Source: Candidatus Bathyarchaeota archaeon | GTDB taxonomy: Archaea; Thermoproteota; Bathyarchaeia; Bathyarchaeales; Bathycorpusculaceae | Assembly: GCA_963826715.1 (NCBI GenBank) | Contig: CAWGYA010000008.1 | Location: 1,056,001-1,120,000 of the forward strand | Reading direction: 5' to 3' | DNA: 64,000 nt | Shown here: positions 20,163-29,896 of the stretch, piece by piece | Numbering within the stretch: position 1 is the first letter of the stretch | Layout of the letters: each line of letters opens with the position of its first letter | The notes under the pieces: model-generated | Database searches by the model: none | Told to the model about the DNA's origin: nothing | What the model saw: only the letters and a program-made list of their open reading frames with translations | Position numbers and translations under genes: made by a program

Positions 20163-20477
20163 TTAGCAACTAACTAATAGCGGAATTACAGCTCTAAGCT
20201 CAACAAAATACTCCTTAAGAACCATTTTACCCTGTCGAGTGATTCTATATTGTTTGCAAGCCCTCTTCAAACCCACCTCCCATCTAGACTCAATAAGACC
20301 CCTCTTTTCCAAACAATTAAGCTCAGGATATAGTGAAGATGACCCAAGCCGTACCCCATACTTTCGATGAATCATTTTTAAAAGCCCATAACCATGCAAT
20401 CCCCTATCAGAAGCTTCGTTTATGAAATTAAGCAAAATACTTTCAAGAACTGCTCCATGAAAAATGTTTTTATTCAA
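20163..20477 (-). CDS. PadR family transcriptional regulator
   Basis: LHGYGL, SSLYPELNCLEKRGLI, KQYRITRQG. Confidence 0.88.
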   Translation of the reverse strand: MNKNIFHGAVLESILLNFINEASDRGLHGYGLLKMIHRKYGVRLGSSSLYPELNCLEKRGLIESRWEVGLKRACKQYRITRQGKMVLKEYFVELRAVIPLLVSC

Positions 20478-20633
20478 TTTTTTTCAACCTCAAAGCTTTC
20501 TCCTTCTTCAATATACAAGAAGGAAGATATACGATATAAGAAAATGCTGTAGGCTCAACCCTACTACAAACAACTATCCATTAGATGACATTTTTGATTT
20601 TCTCGAAAAAGTATGTTTAATTGTGAATAAGGT

Positions 20634-20895
20634 CTACTAATTGCAATGCTAAACTCACTGCCGATCGAATCAGAAAAATTCTTCCCTCATACTTAGGCAT
20701 AAACGTGTCGAAAGCACCATGAAATATATTCAGATGCTTAACTTAGAGGATGACGAATTCGAAGTTACAAGTGCAACAACGATAGATGAAATCAAAACGC
20801 TTGGAACTGCAGGCTGGACGAAGTACGACGAATTAACTGTTAAGGGTGAGCAGGTGCATTTCTATAAAAAGCCTAAAAAGTTCTCAAGTGCTTAA
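20634..20895 (+). pseudogene. Tyrosine recombinase/integrase C-terminal remnant
   Basis: LRHKRVESTMKYIQ (LGH..T..Y catalytic Tyr box) followed by DDEFEVTSATTIDE..FYKKPKKF*; upstream fragment LIAMLNSLP..KFFP in another frame. Confidence 0.8.
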
Positions 20896-21010
20896 TTATA
20901 TGGCAGTTTCAAAGTACGTGTATAAGCGCAAGTGACATAAGTATAAGCTTTTATACGTTTGTTGACGACTGTTAAAAATGAACATACCATTTCCGAGGTT
21001 AAAGACGTAA

Positions 21011-24000
21011 ATGCCCTATATCAAGAAAATCGAGTTAAAAGGCTTTAAGTCTTTTGGACCCCAAACAGTCAAGGTCACCCTTGACAAGGGGTTCACAGCG
21101 ATAACTGGACCCAATGGAAGTGGAAAAACGAACATAATGGATGCAATGCTTTTTTCTCTTGGTGAACTAAGCACAAGGAGGCTCCGCGCTGAAAACTCGG
21201 CGAAGCTGATTTTCCATGGATCAGAAAAGGCAGGACAAGACAAAGCCAAAATGGCAAAAGTTGTAGTTCAATTCGACAACACCGATGGTTTAATGCCTGT
21301 GGACACAACCACTGTGACGATTTCAAGGGAAGTTTACCGCAATGGGCAAAGTATCTACCGCCTCAATGGACGACGCATGTCTCGTACACATATCACTGAG
21401 ACCTTATCGATGGCTGCTATTAGTAGTATGAGCCAAAACATAATTCCCCAGGGCACAATCACAAGATTAACTGATTTGACTGCTCTTGAACGTCGAAAAA
21501 TTATAGAAGACCTCATAGGCATCGCTCAGTATGACTCGGAAAAAACTGATGCGGAGGAGAAGTTGCGTGCAGCCGACATATCCATTCGAACTGCAATGGG
21601 CAGAATCGATGAAGTTCAAAAACGCCTCGATGACCTTGAACGCGAACGCAACCAACAGTTGCGTTATAATTTTATTCAGGCTGAAACTCGCAAGTTCCAA
21701 GCGATCAAAATCTCAAGCGACATCGCCCAGCAAAACACTAAAATCATCGAGAACTCAGTTCAAGCCCAAAAAGTCAAGGTACGCGTGGAAAAACTTAAAG
21801 AACAAAGGGATTTACGCCGAGGTAAGCGCCATGAAATTGAGGGAGATTGGCGTAAGCTCAGCGGTGAAGGGCTAGAGCAAGGTGGCTCTGAAGTGCTTAA
21901 GGTTCAGATAAAAATTGGTGAACTCAAATCTAAAGTTACTGAATTAAATTCCAAGATTAATTCTGGACAGGCAAGCCTTGATAGCTTCAAACGTGTCAGA
22001 GAAAATAACTTTGCGCAATATGAGAATTTGCAGCGGGAAATCAGAGAGAACCGCCTTAAAATCCGTCAGTATCGTAGTGAATATGAAAAACTCAGGTTGG
22101 AGTTAGAAGAGAAGCAGGTTCAACATGAGTTGTTGGCGAAAGAAACCGCGACGCTATGGAGCGGTTTAGACGACAACAACCAGCAAATTCAAGCATTAGA
22201 TTCACAGATAGAGGGGCACGTGAAGCGGCTCGCTTATTTGCGCTCAGAGTACAAACAGGACAAAGCGGCGTTGCGATTGTGCACCGGTCGAATAAAAAAC
22301 CTAACGGTCCGCAAAGAAAAATTTATTTCCAGTCAGGCGGAAATCGAGAAATCTCTCGTAGAGCTTGAGAAGGTACAGCGTGATCAGAAAACGCAACTTA
22401 AAAACCTAGAGCAGTCAATCGAGCGTAAGGAGCTCCAGAAGGAGACGGTGCACCGGGAAATCGAGGAAGCTGAAAAAATCGCTAGCTCAGCTAAAGACGC
22501 CGTTATCGAATTCGCTACACAAAGGGATCTTGCTGCAACAATCGCTGCAGAGGAGAAGGCTTTGCGACGAATTGAGGAAATGGGAAATGTTGGTGCCATA
22601 AACGGCATCCAAGGTAGATTGCGCAATTTGATTAAGATCGAAAAGAACTTTAAGAAGGCTGTCGAGGCCGCTGCTACAGGTTGGCTGGAAGCGTTAGTGG
22701 TGAAGGATATTGATGTGGCATTCACCTGTACCGAGACATTACGGCGGATGAAACTGGGCAGAGTCAAAATTATTCCGTTACAGGGTGCCATAAACCCTAA
22801 GAATAAACTCGCTCCTAAACGAGAAGGTATCATGGGGTCACTCTCAAGTTTCATTAAATACGATGGAAACTTTGAATCGGCAGTGAACTATGTATTCGGC
22901 GATACAATAGTGGCAACAGACGATAAAATAGCCTTTGCTCTTTCCAACGAAGGCTATCGTGCCGTTACCGTTAGCGGTGACCTCTACGAACCTGGTGCCT
23001 TTGAAAGCGGTTACTACCGTGCCCCTATAGACTTCTCCACGATAATCCCCAGCGAAAACGCACTTAAAAGCCTTGATGAAGCTGTCAGAGCATTGCAGAC
23101 TCACCTTTCTGCACGGGGTAGCGATATTGTGAATATCGAGGAAGAACTCGAACACAACAAAATCGAGATGACTCGTCTAGGCGAGGGAATCGCAACTCTC
23201 GATCGTGAATTAGTGCGGATAAAGCGTAGTGTAAAACGGACCCAATTTAACATCCACCATATAGCTAAACTTGGAGGAAAACTAGCGCGTGAAGCTGCAT
23301 CGTACAAAGGTCGCATGAGTGTATATCGTAACGAACGTAACAACATCCAGGAAAACCTCAAAAAAATACACACTGAAATCTCTGAGTTGCGGCTGAAAAC
23401 TGATATCACTCATATCCAGGAGCTTGAGGTGCAGCGAGAAAAGTTTGGGGAAGAAGCTAATACTTTGCGTCAGCGTCTTGGTAGTCTGGAGACGGAAATT
23501 AACACTCATCAATCCCAGTTTGACCGTGTCCTTCGGATTGGCTATAAGAACACCAAGATTCAACTTTCTAAAATGGATCAGCAACAAGAAAAGTTGCAAA
23601 AAGAGGTCGCTGACGCCACAGTGGAACGGGATGCCTTCAAAAAGGAAGTTGAGGCGCTCGAGACGAAACGTGTCGAGTTATCCACCGCAGTGTTGTCTGC
23701 GCGAGAGGAATCTAAAAAATTTACCTCCCAAATCGACACTATTGACGCTGAATTACGACTACTTGATGTGGAGTATGAACAAGCTGATAGGCTACAGAGT
23801 CAACTTCACTATGGTTTAGAGAACATGCAGCTTCGGGTTTCGCAGCTTCAAGCCCAGCTTCGCCAATTCGGTTTTGAGCAACCGCTTGAAACGAATCTCA
23901 GACAGGTTCAAGAAGCCGAGACTACCATACGTATGATGCAGTTTGAGATGGAACGCATTGGCGCCATTAACCAACTTGCTGCCCAACACTATTCTGAGCA

Positions 24001-24562
24001 AATCAGTCGCTACCGCGAACTTTCCGTGCGCCTCAATGAGTTAGAGCGCGAGAAACAAGCTATTGTTGGGTTTATGGATGAGATCGAAGCCAAGAAACGT
24101 AAGGTTTTCATGAATGCGTTTGACAAAATCAACGCCAGCTTAACTGTATATTTTGCCAAGATGACTGGCGGTGGTACCGCCACACTGAAACTTGAGAAAC
24201 CTGAGGAACCATTCTCTGGTGGTATAGATATGCTTGTGCAGTTCCCTAACAAACCCAGCATTGTGGTTAGTGGGGCTAGTGGTGGCGAGCGTTCAATTTC
24301 GGCGGTGGCTTTTATTTTCTCGCTTAAAGAATTCTCGCCTGCAGCCTTCTACATCCTCGACGAAGTTGATGCTCACTTAGATGCCTTCCACACAACCAAA
24401 CTAGCCGAAACCCTCCTTGAGGAGGCGAGTAAAACCCAGTTTATAGTCATCAGTCTAAGACCTGAAATGGTCAATAAAGCCCAAAAAGTATATGGCGTCT
24501 ATGAGCGAAACGGAATTTCAAATGTAGTGACGGCTAAATTCCCCACGGAGGCGCATGCCTAA
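21011..24562 (+). CDS. smc: Chromosome segregation protein SMC
   Basis: GFKSFG, Walker A GPNGSGKTN, coiled coils, hinge GRVKIIPL, SGGE signature, ILDEVDAHLD. Confidence 0.97.
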   Translation: MPYIKKIELKGFKSFGPQTVKVTLDKGFTAITGPNGSGKTNIMDAMLFSLGELSTRRLRAENSAKLIFHGSEKAGQDKAKMAKVVVQFDNTDGLMPVDTTTVTISREVYRNGQSIYRLNGRRMSRTHITETLSMAAISSMSQNIIPQGTITRLTDLTALERRKIIEDLIGIAQYDSEKTDAEEKLRAADISIRTAMGRIDEVQKRLDDLERERNQQLRYNFIQAETRKFQAIKISSDIAQQNTKIIENSVQAQKVKVRVEKLKEQRDLRRGKRHEIEGDWRKLSGEGLEQGGSEVLKVQIKIGELKSKVTELNSKINSGQASLDSFKRVRENNFAQYENLQREIRENRLKIRQYRSEYEKLRLELEEKQVQHELLAKETATLWSGLDDNNQQIQALDSQIEGHVKRLAYLRSEYKQDKAALRLCTGRIKNLTVRKEKFISSQAEIEKSLVELEKVQRDQKTQLKNLEQSIERKELQKETVHREIEEAEKIASSAKDAVIEFATQRDLAATIAAEEKALRRIEEMGNVGAINGIQGRLRNLIKIEKNFKKAVEAAATGWLEALVVKDIDVAFTCTETLRRMKLGRVKIIPLQGAINPKNKLAPKREGIMGSLSSFIKYDGNFESAVNYVFGDTIVATDDKIAFALSNEGYRAVTVSGDLYEPGAFESGYYRAPIDFSTIIPSENALKSLDEAVRALQTHLSARGSDIVNIEEELEHNKIEMTRLGEGIATLDRELVRIKRSVKRTQFNIHHIAKLGGKLAREAASYKGRMSVYRNERNNIQENLKKIHTEISELRLKTDITHIQELEVQREKFGEEANTLRQRLGSLETEINTHQSQFDRVLRIGYKNTKIQLSKMDQQQEKLQKEVADATVERDAFKKEVEALETKRVELSTAVLSAREESKKFTSQIDTIDAELRLLDVEYEQADRLQSQLHYGLENMQLRVSQLQAQLRQFGFEQPLETNLRQVQEAETTIRMMQFEMERIGAINQLAAQHYSEQISRYRELSVRLNELEREKQAIVGFMDEIEAKKRKVFMNAFDKINASLTVYFAKMTGGGTATLKLEKPEEPFSGGIDMLVQFPNKPSIVVSGASGGERSISAVAFIFSLKEFSPAAFYILDEVDAHLDAFHTTKLAETLLEEASKTQFIVISLRPEMVNKAQKVYGVYERNGISNVVTAKFPTEAHA

Positions 24563-25273
24563 ATGTCTTCGCCAACGACAACTCCCATGCGCAAGCCCTT
24601 TTATCTTCGACCGCCCTGGAACATACTCTTTGAACTCAGCAAACTCGAGAAACTCACCCCTTGGAATGTTAATATAGCTTATCTGCTTCGATCTTTCCTC
24701 TTGGAAATGGAGAAAACCGCCCCTGACAAGGTAGATTTCCGTGCTTCAGGCGTCGCCTTGGATTCTTCAGCGTTGATCTATCTGATGAAATCTAAATTGC
24801 TATTGACGCTACAAGAGCCGCCTTCTTCCCCGCCCAAAATTCCGACTGATTTTGTTCCACCGCCTTTGTTTCTACCCCTTCGTCACGAATTAACTTCTAC
24901 AACAATTCAGCATCTCCTTACAGTTTTAGATGATGTATTAAAAGGCGAGAAACTTCTTTCCCTCCATCATGTAGTAGAACAGCATCCCGTTTTACCCGCA
25001 GTTACTGATTTGCTGCCTAAATTTGACAGGTTCATCGCCGAACTAGAGTTCGAAGTTGACAAAATCTATGCAATTTTGGTGGAAAAGACCGGAGGACAAG
25101 GCATCATTGATTTTACCTCTCTTTCTAAAGGTGCAACCCGCATTGAGGCGTTGCGCATGTTTATTTATCTGTTGTTCCTCGCCCAGGATGGCTTAGTTAG
25201 CCTTTGGCAGAATGAGGAAACTGATGAACTTTACATAGCTGTAGGGAAACTAAATGTTAAAAAAGCCGAATAA
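24563..25273 (+). CDS. scpA: Kleisin ScpA
   Basis: PWNVNI N-terminus, FIYLLFLAQDGLVSLWQ C-terminal winged helix; abuts smc. Confidence 0.88.
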   Translation: MSSPTTTPMRKPFYLRPPWNILFELSKLEKLTPWNVNIAYLLRSFLLEMEKTAPDKVDFRASGVALDSSALIYLMKSKLLLTLQEPPSSPPKIPTDFVPPPLFLPLRHELTSTTIQHLLTVLDDVLKGEKLLSLHHVVEQHPVLPAVTDLLPKFDRFIAELEFEVDKIYAILVEKTGGQGIIDFTSLSKGATRIEALRMFIYLLFLAQDGLVSLWQNEETDELYIAVGKLNVKKAE

Positions 25274-25952
25274 CCCGTCAACTAAACAAATTTCAGGTCC
25301 TGAGACAGAGCATTCTCAGGGAAACGAGAGGAAAGTCCATACCCAGATGCTGCTTGAAGCTGCACTTTACGTTGCTGGGCGCCCCTTAGATATCAATGAA
25401 CTTTGCCAAGTCGTAGGTAGCCGAAGTAAAAAACGCGTGATTTCCTACGTTGAAACGCTTATGGAGAATTATAAAGCCCGCAACAGCGCTATGGAGATAC
25501 TTTCGCTTAAAGATGATCGCTATGTGTTGCAAGTAAAAGCTGAGTTTACACCGCTTATAAAAAAACTCGTCAACCGCCCCCTGCTATCTTCAGGGCCACT
25601 AAAAACACTCTCTTATATTGCTTACCGCCAACCAGTAAGCCAAAAACGGGTTGTGCAGGTTCGCGGACAACATGCTTACGGGCATGTTAAAATGCTTAAA
25701 GATATGGGTTTGATTTTGTCGGAACGGATGGGGCGGTCATTGGCGCTTAGAACCACGGATTATTTTGCGGATTATTTTGGGCTAACTCAGGATACTTCTT
25801 TACTTAAGAGAGATTTGCGAAAGATTTTTGGAGATGCCATTAAAGAAGACGCAGTTGAACGAGAAAAGAAAGAAACTGAGCAGAAACAGCGAATGATACA
25901 AGAGGAACAAGAGCCCTCAGAAACCTCTGATGATGTAGACGAACAATCTTAG
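25254..25952 (+). CDS. scpB: SMC-Scp complex subunit ScpB
   Basis: LEAALYVAGRPL, LKTLSYIAYRQPV, VRG, TTDYFADYFGL. Confidence 0.92.
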   Translation: MLKKPNNPSTKQISGPETEHSQGNERKVHTQMLLEAALYVAGRPLDINELCQVVGSRSKKRVISYVETLMENYKARNSAMEILSLKDDRYVLQVKAEFTPLIKKLVNRPLLSSGPLKTLSYIAYRQPVSQKRVVQVRGQHAYGHVKMLKDMGLILSERMGRSLALRTTDYFADYFGLTQDTSLLKRDLRKIFGDAIKEDAVEREKKETEQKQRMIQEEQEPSETSDDVDEQS

Positions 25953-26310
25953 AAAAGATTATTTCGAGGTTTAGAATGCTATGTTTCTAACTATTTACTA
26001 CTTCTCAGGTTATTATCTTTGATATTTGGTGGTGTATTAAACTTGTTTTGTGAGAATTAAAATAACGATCATTTGACGATCCAAGGTGTTTCTATCAGAG
26101 AGAATAGCATTGTTCAAATCTTGGCTTTCGAAATTATAAGGTCGAGGAAAGAAATTATGTTTCCTCAAGCTTCTTTGCGTTCTGTTTCCCTGTTTAATAA
26201 CGCCCAATTAATAATAAAAATTGTACACTTCATAAAACAGGTCAGCAAAACGGATATGTTTATATTGAAATCCTATGTTTTAGTGACTACGCATTCAAGG
26301 AAATGAAGCT

Positions 26311-26703
26311 ATGTCATCGCAAAGCCATTTACGCAAAAGAAAACTTACAGGTGGCAAAAAACGCGTCTACCGCAGCAAAAAAAAGTATGAAGCAGGCGGA
26401 TACGCAGCGGAAACTGTTCTAGGTGAACCTAAACGTAAAATCACAAGAGGTTTAGGTGGAACCCGAAAAATTAAAGTATTAACCGAAAAATTCGCCTCTG
26501 TTACTGACCCCCAAAGCGGTTCAACCCAAAAAACTGAAATCGTCCGAGTAGTTCGCAACGGTGCGAACGTTGACTATAACCGAAGAGGAGTCATCACCAA
26601 AGGAGCAGAAATTGAAACTGCTTTGGGATTAGCTAAAGTAACAAGTCGACCAGGAAACGATGGCATAATCAACGCCGTGATTATCCGCAAAGAAAAAGCC
26701 TAA
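26311..26703 (+). CDS. rps8e: 30S ribosomal protein S8e
   Basis: RKLTGGK, RRGVITKGA, AKVTSRPGNDG. Confidence 0.96.
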   Translation: MSSQSHLRKRKLTGGKKRVYRSKKKYEAGGYAAETVLGEPKRKITRGLGGTRKIKVLTEKFASVTDPQSGSTQKTEIVRVVRNGANVDYNRRGVITKGAEIETALGLAKVTSRPGNDGIINAVIIRKEKA

Positions 26704-26724
26704 AATTTTTCTTTTAAATTTTAT

Positions 26725-27042
26725 TTATTTTCTAATAGGCTGTTGCGAAGCTTGTTGATTTTTTATTTTCACTAGTTGCTTAGATAGCTTTTTGATTATA
26801 GCTTCCTTGGCTTCTTTCTTTTCAACTAAAAGCATTCCAGATTTTACCCAGGGCATCTTCGGAAAATGGGCCTCTACCTTCAACTCGCTTTGCAGCCCCA
26901 ATCTTTCAGCTGCTTCCTTGATGTCCAAAATTTTTGGCGAAATCACCGCTTGGTTTTTGGAAATCCTTCGTCCTTCTTTACGTGTCTTATTTTGATCGAA
27001 ATATATTGGCCAGATAATGGCTTGGTTGGATAATTTCCGCAT
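26725..27042 (-). CDS. srp19: Signal recognition particle 19 kDa protein
   Basis: IIWPIYFD..KTRKEGRRI, HFPKMPW. Confidence 0.93.
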   Translation of the reverse strand: MRKLSNQAIIWPIYFDQNKTRKEGRRISKNQAVISPKILDIKEAAERLGLQSELKVEAHFPKMPWVKSGMLLVEKKEAKEAIIKKLSKQLVKIKNQQASQQPIRK

Positions 27043-27054
27043 ACATATTCTCTC

Positions 27055-28821
27055 CTATTTTTGTGCAAAGTAAACGACTAGTTTTTCGCCAACTTCGTTT
27101 ACTCGCACAAAGCCAAATCGTTCAAATTGTATAATGTCGTCCGGCTTTAACTTTTTGCAAGCCGATTCAGCAAACCCCTCAACCACCGAAGCATCCTGCT
27201 GAATCACCTGTGTTGGGTACTCTGTGCTTTTGAGTATCCACTGGATAAGCTGTACTTTGATTTTCCTCACATCTTCATATGATTCGCTCGAAAAAGTTGC
27301 AGTTATGCCACTATTGCTTTTTTGGGCGATTTTGATGTTGAAGAGCTCCATAAGTCTAATGATCTGTTCGGGATGCATTGTTTCGGCATCACTCTGTGAT
27401 ATCCAAAGGGTTACCTCTTTTTCTTCGCCACTGGGTGCCACTTGGTATATCCTAAATCCCCTCTCATGTTGCTCAGGATGCAACGGAAGTTTGACATCGA
27501 AAGTCATTGGTACACCTTTAACTTTGAGTTGAACTGGTGTTGCTGTAAAGAAGTATCTGCTACTTTTGGCGTCGAGAATTTTACGGTTGTATGAATTGAG
27601 GGTTTCCCAGCTGAGGGTGACATCGTTAGGTTTAATCCCGACATCAACTATCACTTTTTTGATTGCTTCAGGCATTATGCCCCGTTTTCGGAGTGCCTGA
27701 AAAGTGCCTAGTCTTGGGTCATCAAAATCTGCGAAGTCGCCATCCTGGATTCCAGCAATTATTTTTGATTTGCTGAGTGCAGCACCAGTTATTTTAAGTC
27801 TACCATAATGGATAGCTTCGGGATATTCCCAGCAAAGATGCTGGTACATGTATTTCTGCCGGACCATATTGGTGTAATGTTCTTTGCCGCGTATAATATG
27901 AGTCATTCCCATTAGGTGATCATCGATACCTGCTGCGAGGTTATAAAGCGGCCAAACTATGTACTTGCTTCCCACTCGTGGATGCGGATGTTTTTTAGTG
28001 TCAATTATACGCAACGCTGGCCAATCGCGGACGGCTGGGTTAGGGTTTTCCAAATCCGTTTTAACACGGACTACAGCTTGTCCTTCGATGTAACCGCCAT
28101 TTAGCATATGGTGCCAACGTTCCAGCTGCTCCTTCGAGGCGATTTCTCTGCATGGGCAAGATTGTTTCGCGATAATTTTGTTACGAAATTCTTCAGATGG
28201 GCATTCGCAGACATAGGCGTTACCTTCTGAGATTAGTTTCTCAGTCCACTCGTAGTAGATTGGTAATCGGTCGCTTTGGATATATTCTTCGTCCCATTTG
28301 CAGCCGAGCCATTTGAGGTCTTCTCGGACGTTTTCATAAAATTTAAGCTGTGGCTTCTTGACTTTGGGATCTGTATCTTCGAAGCGTAAAATAAATTTGC
28401 CGCCGTAAATCCGAGCGTACTCGTGGCTCAAAATTATTGCTCTGGCTGAACCCAGATGTAGTACGCAATCGGGATTAGGCGAGAACCTCGTTACAATTTC
28501 TTTATATTTATTAGCATGGGGCAGCGGAGGGAGCTTTTTCTCTTCGGCTTCGTGCTTCTTTTGAGTTTCTGGCCAGTTTTTCTCTACTATTGCCTTCTGC
28601 TCTATGGGTGATAAACTGTTGACTTCTGCGGCAATGGCGTTGATTAGGACTGAGAGATCCTTCACACGACTGCGAAGATCTGCTTTTTCCCCCAGAATTC
28701 TGCCGACTAACGCTCCTGCCTGAGCTTTTCCCTCATGTCCAACCGCGTTTATAAGTGCGGCTTTACGGATAAGTTCTCGAAGTTCAGAGTTATTTTCAAG
28801 TGCCAAATTGATTACGCTCAT
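27055..28821 (-). CDS. gltX: Glutamyl-tRNA synthetase (archaeal type)
   Basis: TRFSPNPD..HLG, LRFEDTDP, THIIRGKEH, LSKS, QFERFGF. Confidence 0.95.
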   Translation of the reverse strand: MSVINLALENNSELRELIRKAALINAVGHEGKAQAGALVGRILGEKADLRSRVKDLSVLINAIAAEVNSLSPIEQKAIVEKNWPETQKKHEAEEKKLPPLPHANKYKEIVTRFSPNPDCVLHLGSARAIILSHEYARIYGGKFILRFEDTDPKVKKPQLKFYENVREDLKWLGCKWDEEYIQSDRLPIYYEWTEKLISEGNAYVCECPSEEFRNKIIAKQSCPCREIASKEQLERWHHMLNGGYIEGQAVVRVKTDLENPNPAVRDWPALRIIDTKKHPHPRVGSKYIVWPLYNLAAGIDDHLMGMTHIIRGKEHYTNMVRQKYMYQHLCWEYPEAIHYGRLKITGAALSKSKIIAGIQDGDFADFDDPRLGTFQALRKRGIMPEAIKKVIVDVGIKPNDVTLSWETLNSYNRKILDAKSSRYFFTATPVQLKVKGVPMTFDVKLPLHPEQHERGFRIYQVAPSGEEKEVTLWISQSDAETMHPEQIIRLMELFNIKIAQKSNSGITATFSSESYEDVRKIKVQLIQWILKSTEYPTQVIQQDASVVEGFAESACKKLKPDDIIQFERFGFVRVNEVGEKLVVYFAQK

Positions 28822-28824
28822 GCT

Positions 28825-29895
28825 TTATTGGTTGCGTTTAATCAAGAATTCAGCGAACGCTTTTAATTTTTCCTTAGCCTCAGGCGTAGGCAGAAGCTTG
28901 TCGACTTCACTCCAACTATCCACGATCATCCGCTCGGCGGTAGTTTTTACATACTCAAATGCGCCATATTTTTTGATGATCGCTATCGCTTCATCCCTGA
29001 GAGTTTGATCGAAGGTATGCATCCCTAAAACTTCTATTAGCCTTAGTCTATCTTGCACGTTTGCTTTTTGAAGTGCATAAATAACCAGTAGTGATCGTTT
29101 GCCCTCCGAAATATCGCCTCCAACACCGCCCTTCTTTTTAGCGAACTCCTCTCCCGTCAGGTCCAAAATGTCGTCTTGCATCTGGAAAGCCACGCCTAAG
29201 CATTCGGCTAGGCGACCTAACTTATCAACCAGTCTGGGCTCTGCATCCGCCAGCACCGCCGCCATCTTCGCCGCCATTCGCGCCAGTGTCCCCGTCTTAT
29301 AGGCACACATTTGCAAGTAATCTTGCTCGGTCAACGCGTCAGCGTTAGCTAGACCTCTGTGCCATGCGATGTCCATGGCTTGGCCCATGCTGAGGTTAAC
29401 CATTTCCTGCACATAAATTTCATAGATATCTCGTTGTGCATTGGTTGAGATTTTGTCTTTGTTAGTCATCATTGGCAAAAGAGGGAGAAAGTACATCGCG
29501 TTTCCAGCATTGACGGATATGTCGAGTTTATAAATTTTATAAGTACAGGGTCTGCCGCGCCGCATTTCGCTTGAGTCTTCTATATCATCTATCACTAGAG
29601 TGCCGTTATGAATAACCTCTGGAATGATGGCAAAATCGAGGCAATAATTATCTTTTTTGCCCAATGCTTCGCAAATAAGTAGAAAAAGCGCTGGTCGCCA
29701 CTTTTTACCGCCGCGGTCGAGCATATCCCAAATCGGCTCTGCGATGGCTTTGTTTATGGGTTCTAAATTATAGCTGTAAATTGGTGGATTAATTTGGAAT
29801 AAAACTGAGTCTTCGTTGTATTTACGTGGGAGATATTTTTCAATTGCTTGGTCGATTTTGGGGGCTGTTTCTTCTAGAAACTTTTTAATATCCAC
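28825..29895 (-). CDS. Geranylgeranyl diphosphate / polyprenyl synthase
   Basis: GGKKWRP, DDIED..RRG, GQAMD, KTG, FQMQDDILD; GTG start at 29895. Confidence 0.92.
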   Translation of the reverse strand: MDIKKFLEETAPKIDQAIEKYLPRKYNEDSVLFQINPPIYSYNLEPINKAIAEPIWDMLDRGGKKWRPALFLLICEALGKKDNYCLDFAIIPEVIHNGTLVIDDIEDSSEMRRGRPCTYKIYKLDISVNAGNAMYFLPLLPMMTNKDKISTNAQRDIYEIYVQEMVNLSMGQAMDIAWHRGLANADALTEQDYLQMCAYKTGTLARMAAKMAAVLADAEPRLVDKLGRLAECLGVAFQMQDDILDLTGEEFAKKKGGVGGDISEGKRSLLVIYALQKANVQDRLRLIEVLGMHTFDQTLRDEAIAIIKKYGAFEYVKTTAERMIVDSWSEVDKLLPTPEAKEKLKAFAEFLIKRNQ

Positions 29896-29896
29896 G

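Larger units (their letters stand above)
10325..20953. mobile_element. Decayed integrative element / provirus remnant with intact cargo
   Basis: Integrase remnant at right end, several frameshifted backbone genes, AT-rich cargo, 14-bp direct repeat at 10325-10338 and 20940-20953; boundaries approximate. Confidence 0.7.

Noticed and set aside
21016-24261. Many antisense and alternate-frame ORFs within smc and other long genes
   Set aside because: Shadows of well-supported genes with no independent motifs.
25953-26310. SRP RNA or other ncRNA near srp19; ORF 26073-26306
   Set aside because: AT-rich with no GC-rich stems; the ORF lacks motifs and overlaps the rps8e promoter.
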